Source: a virus
Taxonomy: Duplodnaviria > Caudoviricetes
Direction: 5' to 3' (one strand)
DNA: 53,630 nucleotides
IMG/VR virus record: IMGVR_UViG_3300048606_000130
Span: 1-53,630 of that record
The notes beneath the pieces are model-generated. The model made no database searches. It was not told the origin of the DNA and saw nothing but the letters and a program-made list of their open reading frames with translations. The translations under genes and the position numbers were made by a program. The first letter of the stretch is position 1. Every line of letters begins with the position of its first letter. Below, piece after piece: positions 33,623 through 41,812 of this stretch.

Positions 33623-33672
33623 CGGCGTTCGCAACGCCGAGGTCACGAGTTCGAGCCTCGTGCCGTCCACCA
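33623..33672 (+). other. attP core: 3' part of tRNA-Ala(CGC)
   Basis: Anticodon arm CGGCG-TTCGCAA-CGCCG, variable loop AGGTC, T arm ACGAG-TTCGAGC-CTCGT, acceptor 3' strand GCCGTCC-A-CCA with the U70 Ala identity base. 5' half is absent. Confidence 0.9.
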
Positions 33673-33838
33673 TCACGTTCCCTCGTGTACGACGGACCGA
33701 TGGACGACGATCCTCTCGTCACCAAACGTCGGTCTTCGTCACCTTTCGCCACGCGCCACTCCCGTCTGGTTCCCGATCGGAGTAGACTCCCGGCTCATGT
33801 ACTGCATTCCGCCGTACAGATTCTGGAGGAACGTCCTG

Positions 33839-34108
33839 ATGAAGTCGCTCCGCGAATACAAGATCAAGCTCGAGCAGTCCGACATGGCGCCCGCGAGCCG
33901 CGGCGTCGCCTGGGGCGCGTCGTTCACGCCCGCGTTGCACGGCGAGGTGAACGGGATCCCGGTGCGCATCCTGAACATCGGCGATCTCCCGGGCGCGAGT
34001 CCGGTCTACAACTGCGTCGACAAGCACGGCTTCTCGATCGCGGTGCGCCAGGCCGACGTGCTGTTCACGGACGGCGCGGTGCTGCCGCTCAGTACCGACA
34101 AGCGGTAG
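33839..34108 (+). CDS. Hypothetical protein
   Basis: MKSLREYKIKL... with a GGAGGA RBS. Confidence 0.6.
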   Translation: MKSLREYKIKLEQSDMAPASRGVAWGASFTPALHGEVNGIPVRILNIGDLPGASPVYNCVDKHGFSIAVRQADVLFTDGAVLPLSTDKR

Positions 34109-34132
34109 TCAGCGCGAGTCGGCCACACACGG

Positions 34133-34525
34133 CTAGAGTCGGACAAACACGACCGGGAACGTGCCGTCGATGTACGTCTGCCCGTCCGGCCCGACGAAGA
34201 ACACGGTCCCTTCGATCCGATAGCGGTTCAACTCCACGGCGAGGTGGGTGTCGAGACTGAGGGTCAGGCCATTCCGGACGTCGTATCTGACGGCCTGGTT
34301 CTCTTTGGGTTCGATGTGATGGGCTTCGGCGCGATCCGGATCGAGGGCGCGCGTGCTGAACACCCGCTTCCCCGTCTTCATGTCCTTCCAGTGATCGCGA
34401 TCTTTGACGGCCGCGGCCCACTGCCGTAATAACTTCGCATCCAGGAGCCGCGCGGCTTTACTCGCGATCGCGCGATCGAGTTTGGTGGAGCCTTTCGGAA
34501 ACGGCAGGCGGGCGGTGTCGATCAC
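34133..34525 (-). CDS. HNH-like nuclease (lacks Zn-binding cysteines)
   Basis: AVKDRD...EAHHIEP......YDVRNGLTLS..TH. GTGA overlap. Confidence 0.65.
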   Translation of the reverse strand: MIDTARLPFPKGSTKLDRAIASKAARLLDAKLLRQWAAAVKDRDHWKDMKTGKRVFSTRALDPDRAEAHHIEPKENQAVRYDVRNGLTLSLDTHLAVELNRYRIEGTVFFVGPDGQTYIDGTFPVVFVRL

Positions 34526-34830
34526 GAGCGCCGTTTCCGTTTCTTTTTCTCGCGTGCCGACGGCCGCACCCACGTCAGGCCATGCGTTCCCAACCGACGC
34601 ACCGGATAGACTTCCTCCCCGTTCTCGATCTCGAGTTCCTGCAGCGTGACGTCGGCCTGCTCCGCGGAGAGGAAGGCGAAAGCGGCATGCTCCGCCAGGC
34701 AGGTGTAGATCACCGTCTGCTCGCGGCGTTCGATCCCGTTCAGCGTCATGGCCACGAGGAGATGGAACGTGACGAGTTGCTCGTCGGGCGCCGTCACGAG
34801 AAACCGCCGCACGCGGTCGGTCTCCGCCAT
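34522..34830 (-). CDS. Hypothetical protein
   Basis: Coupled ORF. Confidence 0.55.
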   Translation of the reverse strand: MAETDRVRRFLVTAPDEQLVTFHLLVAMTLNGIERREQTVIYTCLAEHAAFAFLSAEQADVTLQELEIENGEEVYPVRRLGTHGLTWVRPSAREKKKRKRRS

Positions 34831-35042
34831 CAGCGTCCCTCCGCTTTCGCGATCACGCGGACGCGGACCTTGCCCCCGGCTTCGACGGATTGTCCCGATT
34901 TCGAGCGGGCCGCTTTGTTCCCTAAGTCGTCGGCGAGGCCATCGACGTCCACGTCGATCCGGATGTCGACGTGCCGTAGGATCGGCGGGTCGCTGGAGAA
35001 CGTGGCGAAGTTGACGGCTATCGTCCGGGTGAATGTTTCCAT
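34830..35042 (-). CDS. Hypothetical protein
   Basis: DVDGLADDLGNKAARSKSG. TGATG overlaps on both sides. Confidence 0.6.
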   Translation of the reverse strand: METFTRTIAVNFATFSSDPPILRHVDIRIDVDVDGLADDLGNKAARSKSGQSVEAGGKVRVRVIAKAEGR

Positions 35043-35455
35043 CAGTGTCCCTCTGCGGTTGTCGACATGGGCTCTGCGAACTCGAAGACGGAGATTAGCT
35101 TGGGGCCACCTTGATCAGCGGGCACGTCGCTCGGCGGCTGGACGTGCGTCGTGCAAATGTTGAACAGCCCGAAAGCCGCGTAGTCGCAGCGCACGCCCGG
35201 CCGCGGCTTGTCGTTCATCCAGGAGCGGGTCTGCTTGCGCGGCAGGAACCGTCCGAGGCATTGCCCGTATACGCTGTTGGTCGTCGCGCCGTGATCCTTG
35301 AACGGCCGGAAGTCCTCCGCGGATTGCACGTTGCCGCAGCCCGGACAGATGAAGCGCCACGTGAGCATGTCCGGCCCGAAGCGACGCTCCCCTTCCGCCT
35401 TCCACTCGGCGTACGTGATGGTGCGAGACGCCCGAGCCGCCGGCTTCTTCTTCAT
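35042..35455 (-). CDS. VVA0879-like Cys-rich phage protein
   Basis: EWKAEGERRFG...WRFICPGCG...CLGRF...CDYAAFGLF...FEFA. Confidence 0.75.
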   Translation of the reverse strand: MKKKPAARASRTITYAEWKAEGERRFGPDMLTWRFICPGCGNVQSAEDFRPFKDHGATTNSVYGQCLGRFLPRKQTRSWMNDKPRPGVRCDYAAFGLFNICTTHVQPPSDVPADQGGPKLISVFEFAEPMSTTAEGH

Positions 35456-35874
35456 GCGGCCTGCCTCGCGGCAATCGCCTGCAGCGTCGTCCACAAATCC
35501 GGCGCCACGGTGATCAAGTGTTGAATGTACAAAGTCGGCGACACGTACCACGCCCGGGCGAGCGCATCCGATCCCCAATGCGCATTCGCGCGCAAGCTGT
35601 CGAGCCACGGGAGGTAGCCTGCCGGTTGACGGATCGGCACCAGGGCGACGTCGATGACCGCGTCAGAATGCATATGACTATTTGACCTAGCCACGAGATC
35701 TGCCTTCACCATGCGCAGCTCCAGCGCGGAGGCATGCGCGTCGCGGAGGTCGCAGCAGTCGTCACAAAGCGCGCCGGTCGCATCCGGGCCGTTCACGAAG
35801 GCTCGGCCGCAGTCGGTGCAGGTCGCCTCGGCGCCGCGATCGTCGTGGTGGTCGCGGTCGTTGTCCCAGCTCAT
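35452..35874 (-). CDS. Hypothetical Zn-finger protein
   Basis: CTDCG...LCDDC. Confidence 0.55.
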   Translation of the reverse strand: MSWDNDRDHHDDRGAEATCTDCGRAFVNGPDATGALCDDCCDLRDAHASALELRMVKADLVARSNSHMHSDAVIDVALVPIRQPAGYLPWLDSLRANAHWGSDALARAWYVSPTLYIQHLITVAPDLWTTLQAIAARQAA

Positions 35875-36088
35875 GATTGCCCTTTCGGTAACTTCCCGTG
35901 TCGTAACAGACCCGCGCACAACTCCGCCTCCCGCCGATCGATGAGACTTTGAATGCACGGCGGAACCGACGGCGTGAGATGTGGATCGGCGACGGGTTGT
36001 CGCGCGCTCGTCACGAGCACCCAACGATGCTTCCCGGCATGCCCGGCTGATCGTGTGCAGCGGCGGAAGGGCGAGAGGGGCGAGATCC

Positions 36089-36382
36089 TCATGCCTTGTC
36101 CTGCGTTTCGTAGTCCGCGTACGCCGCCAGAATCAGATCCCGGACGGACTCTTGCGCGGTCACGTCGACGATCGGCCGCAGGATCGCGAAGCTCCGACGC
36201 TCCCCGTTCACGGTGTACTGACGCGCCGGGAAGGTGACGTTGCGGCCGCCGCCGCGGCGTTCCCAAATCGCGAAGCCAATCAACTTGAGCCCGTCGAGCG
36301 GGCCGTCGGTGAACTGCAGTTCCGCATCGGCGAGCTTGCCGACCGGGTTGTTCTTATCGTTCGGGATGATTTTGACGATCAT
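36089..36382 (-). CDS. SpoVG-like nucleic-acid-binding protein
   Basis: KLADAELQF...LKLIGFAIWE......VTFPARQY...VRDLILAAY follows the SpoVG pattern. Confidence 0.65.
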   Translation of the reverse strand: MIVKIIPNDKNNPVGKLADAELQFTDGPLDGLKLIGFAIWERRGGGRNVTFPARQYTVNGERRSFAILRPIVDVTAQESVRDLILAAYADYETQDKA

Positions 36383-36515
36383 GACGGATCCTCCAGCGTC
36401 AATGTCACCGGGTGCTGGCCCATGGCAATGACCAACAGCGATCGACTGAACGCCGACGTGAACGTCAGGGTCTGCACGTGGCCGTCCGGGTAGGTGATCT
36501 TGAGGAGGTACATGG

Positions 36516-36755
36516 TCAGGCCGCCTTCCGAGCTGCTGAGGCGTCTATCTCGGCTTCGGCCTTCTGCTGGCACGCCGCGCAGATCCCATGACTGACGCCC
36601 CGGTTCGCCGGGTTGGTCCGCTCCGCGATCGGCTGGCACCACGCACAGATGGTGCGGAGGGCCGGGATCGGCGGGGACGGCGGTTTGCTATCGGTGAGCC
36701 GAGCAATCCAGGCCGCCGGGCTCGGGTCGACGACGACGCGTTTCATGACTTCCAT
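36516..36755 (-). CDS. Small Zn-finger protein, first gene of the leftward accessory operon
   Basis: ICAWC....SHGICAAC. ATG sits at the predicted transcription start. Confidence 0.65.
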   Translation of the reverse strand: MEVMKRVVVDPSPAAWIARLTDSKPPSPPIPALRTICAWCQPIAERTNPANRGVSHGICAACQQKAEAEIDASAARKAA

Positions 36756-36762
36756 GTAAGGG

Positions 36763-36830
36763 AGGATACTGCATTGCAGTATGTATGTCAAGGAGGGGCA
36801 TTGACAGGCCCTACCGCAATGTCGTACGCT
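36763..36830. promoter_or_regulatory. Divergent sigma70-like promoter pair, each with an operator in its spacer
   Basis: Minus: TTGACA (36791-36786)-N17-TATCCT, palindrome ATACTGCA-T-TGCAGTAT at 36766-36782. Plus: TTGACA (36801)-N18-TACGCT (36825), degenerate copy TACCGCAATGTCGTA at 36812-36826. Confidence 0.8.
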
Positions 36831-36839
36831 CGGCGCTCG

Positions 36840-37055
36840 ATGACGATGACCGAGTCGGCGGCCTTTGTCCGGACCCTCCGCGCCCGCCTGGGGGAGAACA
36901 CGGCGACCTTTGGGGCTCGGTGGCACCGCTCCGGCCGCACCGTGGAGACCTGGGAGCAGGGGGTCCGGCAGCCGGACGCGTTCGTCCTAGAGGAGATGCG
37001 GGCGCTGGCGGCCCGGACCACGAAGGCCCGGGCGAAGAAGAAGGCCAAGGGCTGA
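36840..37055 (+). CDS. XRE-family HTH regulator
   Basis: VRTLRARLGENTATFGARWHRSGRTVETWEQGVRQP. Confidence 0.8.
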   Translation: MTMTESAAFVRTLRARLGENTATFGARWHRSGRTVETWEQGVRQPDAFVLEEMRALAARTTKARAKKKAKG

Positions 37056-37192
37056 CCATGACGGTCCTGAAATGGCTGCTCGCGCTGCAGATCGGCCTCG
37101 CACTGATCGTGCTCGTCCTCGTCTGGCGGCTCTAACGACCGACAAGGCTGCACACCCTCGCGCGGAATCAGTGCCACGCCTGCGGGATTGTC

Positions 37193-37221
37193 TTGCAGGA
37201 GTATATCCGACCGGATATACT
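37193..37221 (+). promoter_or_regulatory. TA operon promoter with overlapping palindromic operator
   Basis: TTGCAG-N17-TATACT. Palindrome AGTATATCCG-AC-CGGATATACT at 37200-37221. Confidence 0.8.
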
Positions 37222-37229
37222 TCTCTCTA

Positions 37230-37556
37230 GTGAAACCAATCACGTGGGTCGGCAGTGCGAAGCGCGACCTCGTGACGGGCCCGTCCGACGTGCAGACGGC
37301 GGCGGGTCGGGAATTGGAACGGGTCCAACGCGGCGCGGACCCGATCGATTGGAAGCCGATGCCGACCATCGGTCCCGGCGCACGCGAGATTCGGGTCCAT
37401 GTCAAGGGCGAGTGGCGCGTGTTCTACGTGGCGACGTTTCCCGAGGCGGTCTACGTGCTGCACGTCTTCCAGAAGAAGACTCGGAAGACGGCGCCGCGCG
37501 ACCTGGCGCTCGGCCAGCAGCGGTATCGCGCGCTACTCAAAGAAAGGCGGGGGTGA
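37230..37556 (+). CDS. higB: HigB/RelE-family toxin (Gp49/DUF891-like)
   Basis: KPITWVGSAKRDL, ELERVQRGADPIDWKPMPTIGPGAREIRV, RVFYVA, VYVLHVFQKKTRKT. Confidence 0.9.
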   Translation: MKPITWVGSAKRDLVTGPSDVQTAAGRELERVQRGADPIDWKPMPTIGPGAREIRVHVKGEWRVFYVATFPEAVYVLHVFQKKTRKTAPRDLALGQQRYRALLKERRG

Positions 37557-37870
37557 TGGCGAAGCGTCGACACGTCGACATCGAGACGACCGGCAGTGTG
37601 TTTTTTGATTTGTTCGAACACGGCGAGGCCGAGCGCTTGTCCATTCAATCCGGCCTGGCGCTCGCGCTCGAGCGGGAAATTGAGGCGCGGAAACTGACGC
37701 AAAAAGCGGCCGCGCGCGCGCTCGGGATCGCGCAGCCTCGCGTGAACGACCTGCTCCGCGGCCGACTAGAACGCTTCAGTATCGATGCGCTCGTCGTGTA
37801 TCTCAGCCGACTCGGCGTGCAAGTTCGAATCGAAACGTCGGCGCCGAAGCGGCGACGCCGGGCGGCCTAA
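37556..37870 (+). CDS. higA: HigA-type XRE antitoxin (HTH_37-like)
   Basis: GSVFFDL, LTQKAAARALGIAQPRVNDLLRGRLERFSIDAL. Follows the toxin with a TGATG overlap. Confidence 0.88.
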   Translation: MAKRRHVDIETTGSVFFDLFEHGEAERLSIQSGLALALEREIEARKLTQKAAARALGIAQPRVNDLLRGRLERFSIDALVVYLSRLGVQVRIETSAPKRRRRAA

Positions 37871-38036
37871 GAGTGAATAAAGGTATGGCCCATCACAAAC
37901 GCCGACGACCGAAGAACGCGCGGGCGGGCTGCCTGCTGTGCAAGCCCCACAAAATGAACGGCGCCAAGAAGCGCGTCCGACTCAAGGGCCTCCGGGCGCC
38001 TCGGCTGCTCGCCACCATCGACGACGGGACTGGTGC

Positions 38037-38318
38037 ATGAGCGAAGAGCGCCCACCCTACGCAGGGGTCGCCCGGACGTCTGAGCCCGACTTCGATCAGA
38101 TCGCGCGACAGATCGTGTTCAGTGTGCAAATGGCGATCGAGGGCGCTGGCCGGCACCCCGAGCCGCCAATCGCCGAGCAGCTCCGTCTGATCTGGAATGC
38201 CCGCGGCGCCGCGGACCGAGCCCAGCTCGACGTCGCGCGGAGCAACATCGCACTGTTCCCCCAGGCGCGCGCGCTCGCGGAGATGCTCGATCGCGCGCTC
38301 CGGACTGTGGACCGCTGA
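38037..38318 (+). CDS. Hypothetical protein, tandem paralog 1
   Basis: EPDFDQIA...LRLIWNARGAAD...LDRALRTVDR. Confidence 0.7.
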   Translation: MSEERPPYAGVARTSEPDFDQIARQIVFSVQMAIEGAGRHPEPPIAEQLRLIWNARGAADRAQLDVARSNIALFPQARALAEMLDRALRTVDR

Positions 38319-38554
38319 TGGCTGAGCCCCCTGACTTCGATCAGATCGTCCGACACGTCGAGATGCTGAACGCCGTCTTGAACGACGAGGACCACACGGA
38401 CGCGATGGTCGAGGCCCTCCGTCAGGTCTGGAACGCGCGCGGCGCCGCCGACGTCGCGATAGTGGAAGCTGAACTGTCATCCATGATGGGCGTGACCGCG
38501 GCCGGGCCCTACGTCAAGAACCTCGATCGCGCGCTCCGGAAGGGGGACCGCTGA
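38318..38554 (+). CDS. Hypothetical protein, tandem paralog 2
   Basis: PPDFDQIV...LRQVWNARGAAD...LDRALRKGDR. Confidence 0.7.
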   Translation: MAEPPDFDQIVRHVEMLNAVLNDEDHTDAMVEALRQVWNARGAADVAIVEAELSSMMGVTAAGPYVKNLDRALRKGDR

Positions 38555-39789
38555 TGGCTGAGTGGACGGCCGGCCGCACGCACACGATCGCGGCGGTCGT
38601 CGTCCTGGTCCTCGCCGGGCTGCTGGTGCGCGACGTGCGCCAGCAGGCCCCGGTTACGATCGATGAGCCCGGCTGGATCAGCAGCGGCGCGGTGACGTTC
38701 GATCTCGTGCGGCGCCAGGCCCCGGTGTCCGACTGGGAGCAGGCCTACGATCGGCTCCACCTCGGCGATTGGGGCAATCAGAACCCGCCCGTGGCCAAGT
38801 TCTACTTTGGCGCGGTGCTCGCGCTGACGGGCCACGGCGACCCCGTCGCGTATCGGTGGGCGTTTCCGCGGTCCGCTGCGCAGAACCTCGCGGCCGGGAC
38901 CTTGCCGCCGCTGGCCGTCGTGACGCCCGTGCGCCTCGGCGTGGTCTTGACCGCCGCGGCCGTGCTCTGGCTCTCGTACCTGCTCGCCTTTGCGCTGGTG
39001 GAGCATCTGGCCGCGGTGCTCGCGCCGCTGGTCCTGTTCGCGCTGCCGGTCTTTCGCTTCCACGCGACGCACGTCTACACGGATGTGCCGGAGCTCGCCT
39101 GCGTGTTGCTCGGGGCCGTGCTGGGCTGTGCGTACGCGCGCCGTCCGCGCTGGGCGACGCTCATCGGGGCGGGTCTCGCGGGCGGGCTGGCGTGCGCCAT
39201 CAAATTCAATGCCGCGCCGATCGTGGCGGCCGCCGTCCTCATCGTCTGGTGGTACTCGACGCGCCAGCGGATCGCGCGTGCGGTCGCCGTCGCGGCGATG
39301 CCCTTGATCCTCTTTGTGGCGGTGAATCCGTACCTCTACCCGGCGCCGATCGCGCGCACGCGGGCGATCATCTCTACCTGGAACGCGCGCAAGCTCCAGC
39401 AGCAGCACGATCCGAACCTGGCCGCGAGCGTCGTGCAGTCGCGCGCGGAGGCCCTGCAGTTGGTGCTGCGGCGCGGCATCGTCCAGCCGCACGTCACGCC
39501 CCCCTTCAGTCGGTCCGAGCCGCTCGAATGGGTCCTCGTGCCGCTCCTAGCGGCTGGACTCCTCGTCCTGCTGCGCAAGAACCCGCTCCGGGTCGCCTGG
39601 GCCACGCTGTTCCTGACGCACGTTGCGATGACGGTCTGGTGGTTGCCGCTCGATTGGGCGCGGTACTATCTGCCGGTGGCGATCTGGATCGCGCCGCTCG
39701 TCTCGGTCGCCGTCGCCGAGGCGGCGCGCCTGGTGCGTCATATGGCCTCGGCGGTCCCGCCGGCGAATCGGCTGGCGCCTACGGGGTAA
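38554..39789 (+). CDS. GT-C multi-pass membrane glycosyltransferase (ArnT/PMT-like)
   Basis: TM1 followed by TIDEP (acidic DE motif), NPPVAKF, YTDVP, GLACAIKFN, RYYLP, and many hydrophobic segments. Confidence 0.82.
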   Translation: MAEWTAGRTHTIAAVVVLVLAGLLVRDVRQQAPVTIDEPGWISSGAVTFDLVRRQAPVSDWEQAYDRLHLGDWGNQNPPVAKFYFGAVLALTGHGDPVAYRWAFPRSAAQNLAAGTLPPLAVVTPVRLGVVLTAAAVLWLSYLLAFALVEHLAAVLAPLVLFALPVFRFHATHVYTDVPELACVLLGAVLGCAYARRPRWATLIGAGLAGGLACAIKFNAAPIVAAAVLIVWWYSTRQRIARAVAVAAMPLILFVAVNPYLYPAPIARTRAIISTWNARKLQQQHDPNLAASVVQSRAEALQLVLRRGIVQPHVTPPFSRSEPLEWVLVPLLAAGLLVLLRKNPLRVAWATLFLTHVAMTVWWLPLDWARYYLPVAIWIAPLVSVAVAEAARLVRHMASAVPPANRLAPTG

Positions 39790-41374
39790 TGTCGGCGAGC
39801 GGAGCCGGCGCGACGCCCGTCAGTCCCTGCAGCAGCTTCGGGAGATCCGGGCCGAGCGCAATCGGCGCGTCCGTCGACGCCTGGCCGACGGTCTCGGTGA
39901 ACACGAAGCCCGCACTGAGTCGCTTTAGGAGCGTCGCGAACGGCAGCAAGAAATTGCCCGGTGGATACGCAACAAAGCCGGACGCCGTCAACTCGATCAC
40001 ATTGTTCGTAAACACAAACGGCGTGCAGCACGCGACCAGCGTCGGCAGGCCGATGACCGTCGACCCGTCGCCGGTGATCCCGTAGAGCCCGCTCCGCATG
40101 AGGTTGTTCGTCACGCGGATGTTCTTGAGCGGCCCGCCGCCGAGCGCGAACATCTGGCCCGTCACGCCAACAAGCAGGTTGTGGTCAAACGTCAGCCCGT
40201 CGACCTTGTCCTGCATCAGGACGCCGCGCGCCGCTTCGATCAGGTTGTGCCGGATCGTGATCCGCCCGCTCGAGGTGGTCGTCACCTGGTTATTGTCGAG
40301 GCCCAGCACGTTGAAGGCGTAGGTCTGCACATGCTTCAGGACGTTGTATTGGAACACCACGTCCTGCACGACGCACCAGGGACAGCCGCCCGACTGATTG
40401 CGCGGCGTGAACACGATCGCGTTGCCCGATTGCGAATCCGCCCAGATGTTCTCGAACACGTTGAACTCGACGAGCACCCGCTGTGCGTTCTTCAACTCGA
40501 AGAGATTTTTCACCGAGCCGAGCTTCGTCTTCCACGCCAGCGGCTTGAAGAAGTGATTCCGCCGGATCACGATATCGGACGTGATGAGTCCAGGGATCGC
40601 CGGGTCCGCGCCGCCGAAGAGGATGTTCTCCCCGCTGGCTTCGAGGTAGTTGTTCTCGATCAGATACGGCCCCGCGCCGTTGTACGCGCCGAACGCCTGA
40701 CTATCGCGGCCCACTTCCCAGAAGTCCGAGAGCCAGCTGTTGATCAGCGTGATGAACGCCCCATGACAATTACAGCCGGTGTGGCCGCCCTTCTCCGGCG
40801 AGCCGTGCATGTAGACGCGATCGAAGGTGATGTGTGTCGGTTGGTCCGCCAGCGTCGGCGCGTTCCACCCGAACATCACGAGCGGCCGATCCGGCAGGAC
40901 GAGGTTGGGTAGAAATTCGATCCCGATGAGCGTGTAGCCGTCCGCCCCAAACTCGGCTGTCAGCGTTTGCACCGCGGCCTCTTTCGGCCCGAGCTTCGCC
41001 ATGCGCGGCGACAGCGCGGGCGTCACGCGCACCCCCGGCGGGATCGCAGCGTCGTCGAGGCCGTCAGTGCGAATGGTGATGACGCCGGCGCTCGCCTTTT
41101 TCCGCAGTGTGTAGTTCCCGATGAACGTCGCCGGCGCCAGCAGGATCGTTTGTCCCGGCTGCGCCAGGTCGAGCGCCGCCTGGAGATCGGCGCCAGCCGG
41201 CACGCGAATGACCACGCCGCCAGGTGTGGTCTTGTTGACCTCGGCCTTCAGCCGCGCCAGGTCCGCCGTGAGCTGGTCGATGATCACGTTCGCCGGCGCG
41301 GGGTCGAATTGTTGGGCGAGGAGCGGCGCCGCGAGCAGGAGCACGACGACGAGCGCGAGGACTCTGGGGTTCAT
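39779..41374 (-). CDS. Secreted right-handed beta-helix (pectin-lyase-like) protein
   Basis: Signal peptide MNPRVLALVVVLLLAAPLLA, DLQAALDLAQPGQTILL cap, and repeated IxNN/N-ladder strands (IENNYLEASGENILFGG, KNLFELKNA). Confidence 0.85.
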   Translation of the reverse strand: MNPRVLALVVVLLLAAPLLAQQFDPAPANVIIDQLTADLARLKAEVNKTTPGGVVIRVPAGADLQAALDLAQPGQTILLAPATFIGNYTLRKKASAGVITIRTDGLDDAAIPPGVRVTPALSPRMAKLGPKEAAVQTLTAEFGADGYTLIGIEFLPNLVLPDRPLVMFGWNAPTLADQPTHITFDRVYMHGSPEKGGHTGCNCHGAFITLINSWLSDFWEVGRDSQAFGAYNGAGPYLIENNYLEASGENILFGGADPAIPGLITSDIVIRRNHFFKPLAWKTKLGSVKNLFELKNAQRVLVEFNVFENIWADSQSGNAIVFTPRNQSGGCPWCVVQDVVFQYNVLKHVQTYAFNVLGLDNNQVTTTSSGRITIRHNLIEAARGVLMQDKVDGLTFDHNLLVGVTGQMFALGGGPLKNIRVTNNLMRSGLYGITGDGSTVIGLPTLVACCTPFVFTNNVIELTASGFVAYPPGNFLLPFATLLKRLSAGFVFTETVGQASTDAPIALGPDLPKLLQGLTGVAPAPLADITP

Positions 41375-41812
41375 GGGTGCCTTTGGTTGTGTTCCAGTAA
41401 CGCCTGCAGCCGCTGGGCGCCGAGGTGATGTGTGGCCAGGTGACTTTCGAGGGCGCGTCGATGCTCCCCGAGCACCGTCGCCATCCGATCGATCGTGCGC
41501 GGGGCCGGTGTCGCGATCCACGCCTCGAGGAGTTGGGCCTCGGTATACTTCCGCGCGCGGCCGCTCGGCTTGCGGCGCTCTCTGGCCTTCGCTTGACCCA
41601 CCGCCTGTGGGACGCCTCGCCCGATCTGCCAGCGCCCCGATAATCGCGGCGCCGCGCTGCGCCCGGGCCTCACCGGGTGCATGTCATCACCGCCCACCAG
41701 TACGTGTTGTTCGCCGTCACTTCCCGCACCGTCCACCTCGCCCGCTGCCACTGCGCGACCAGATCGTCCACGGCGCCGACGGTCATGCGCACGTGTCGCG
41801 GGGGATCCCCGG

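Noticed and set aside
33623-33672. Functional phage tRNA gene
   Set aside because: The 5' acceptor strand and D arm are missing, and it lies next to the integrase, so it is an attP core.
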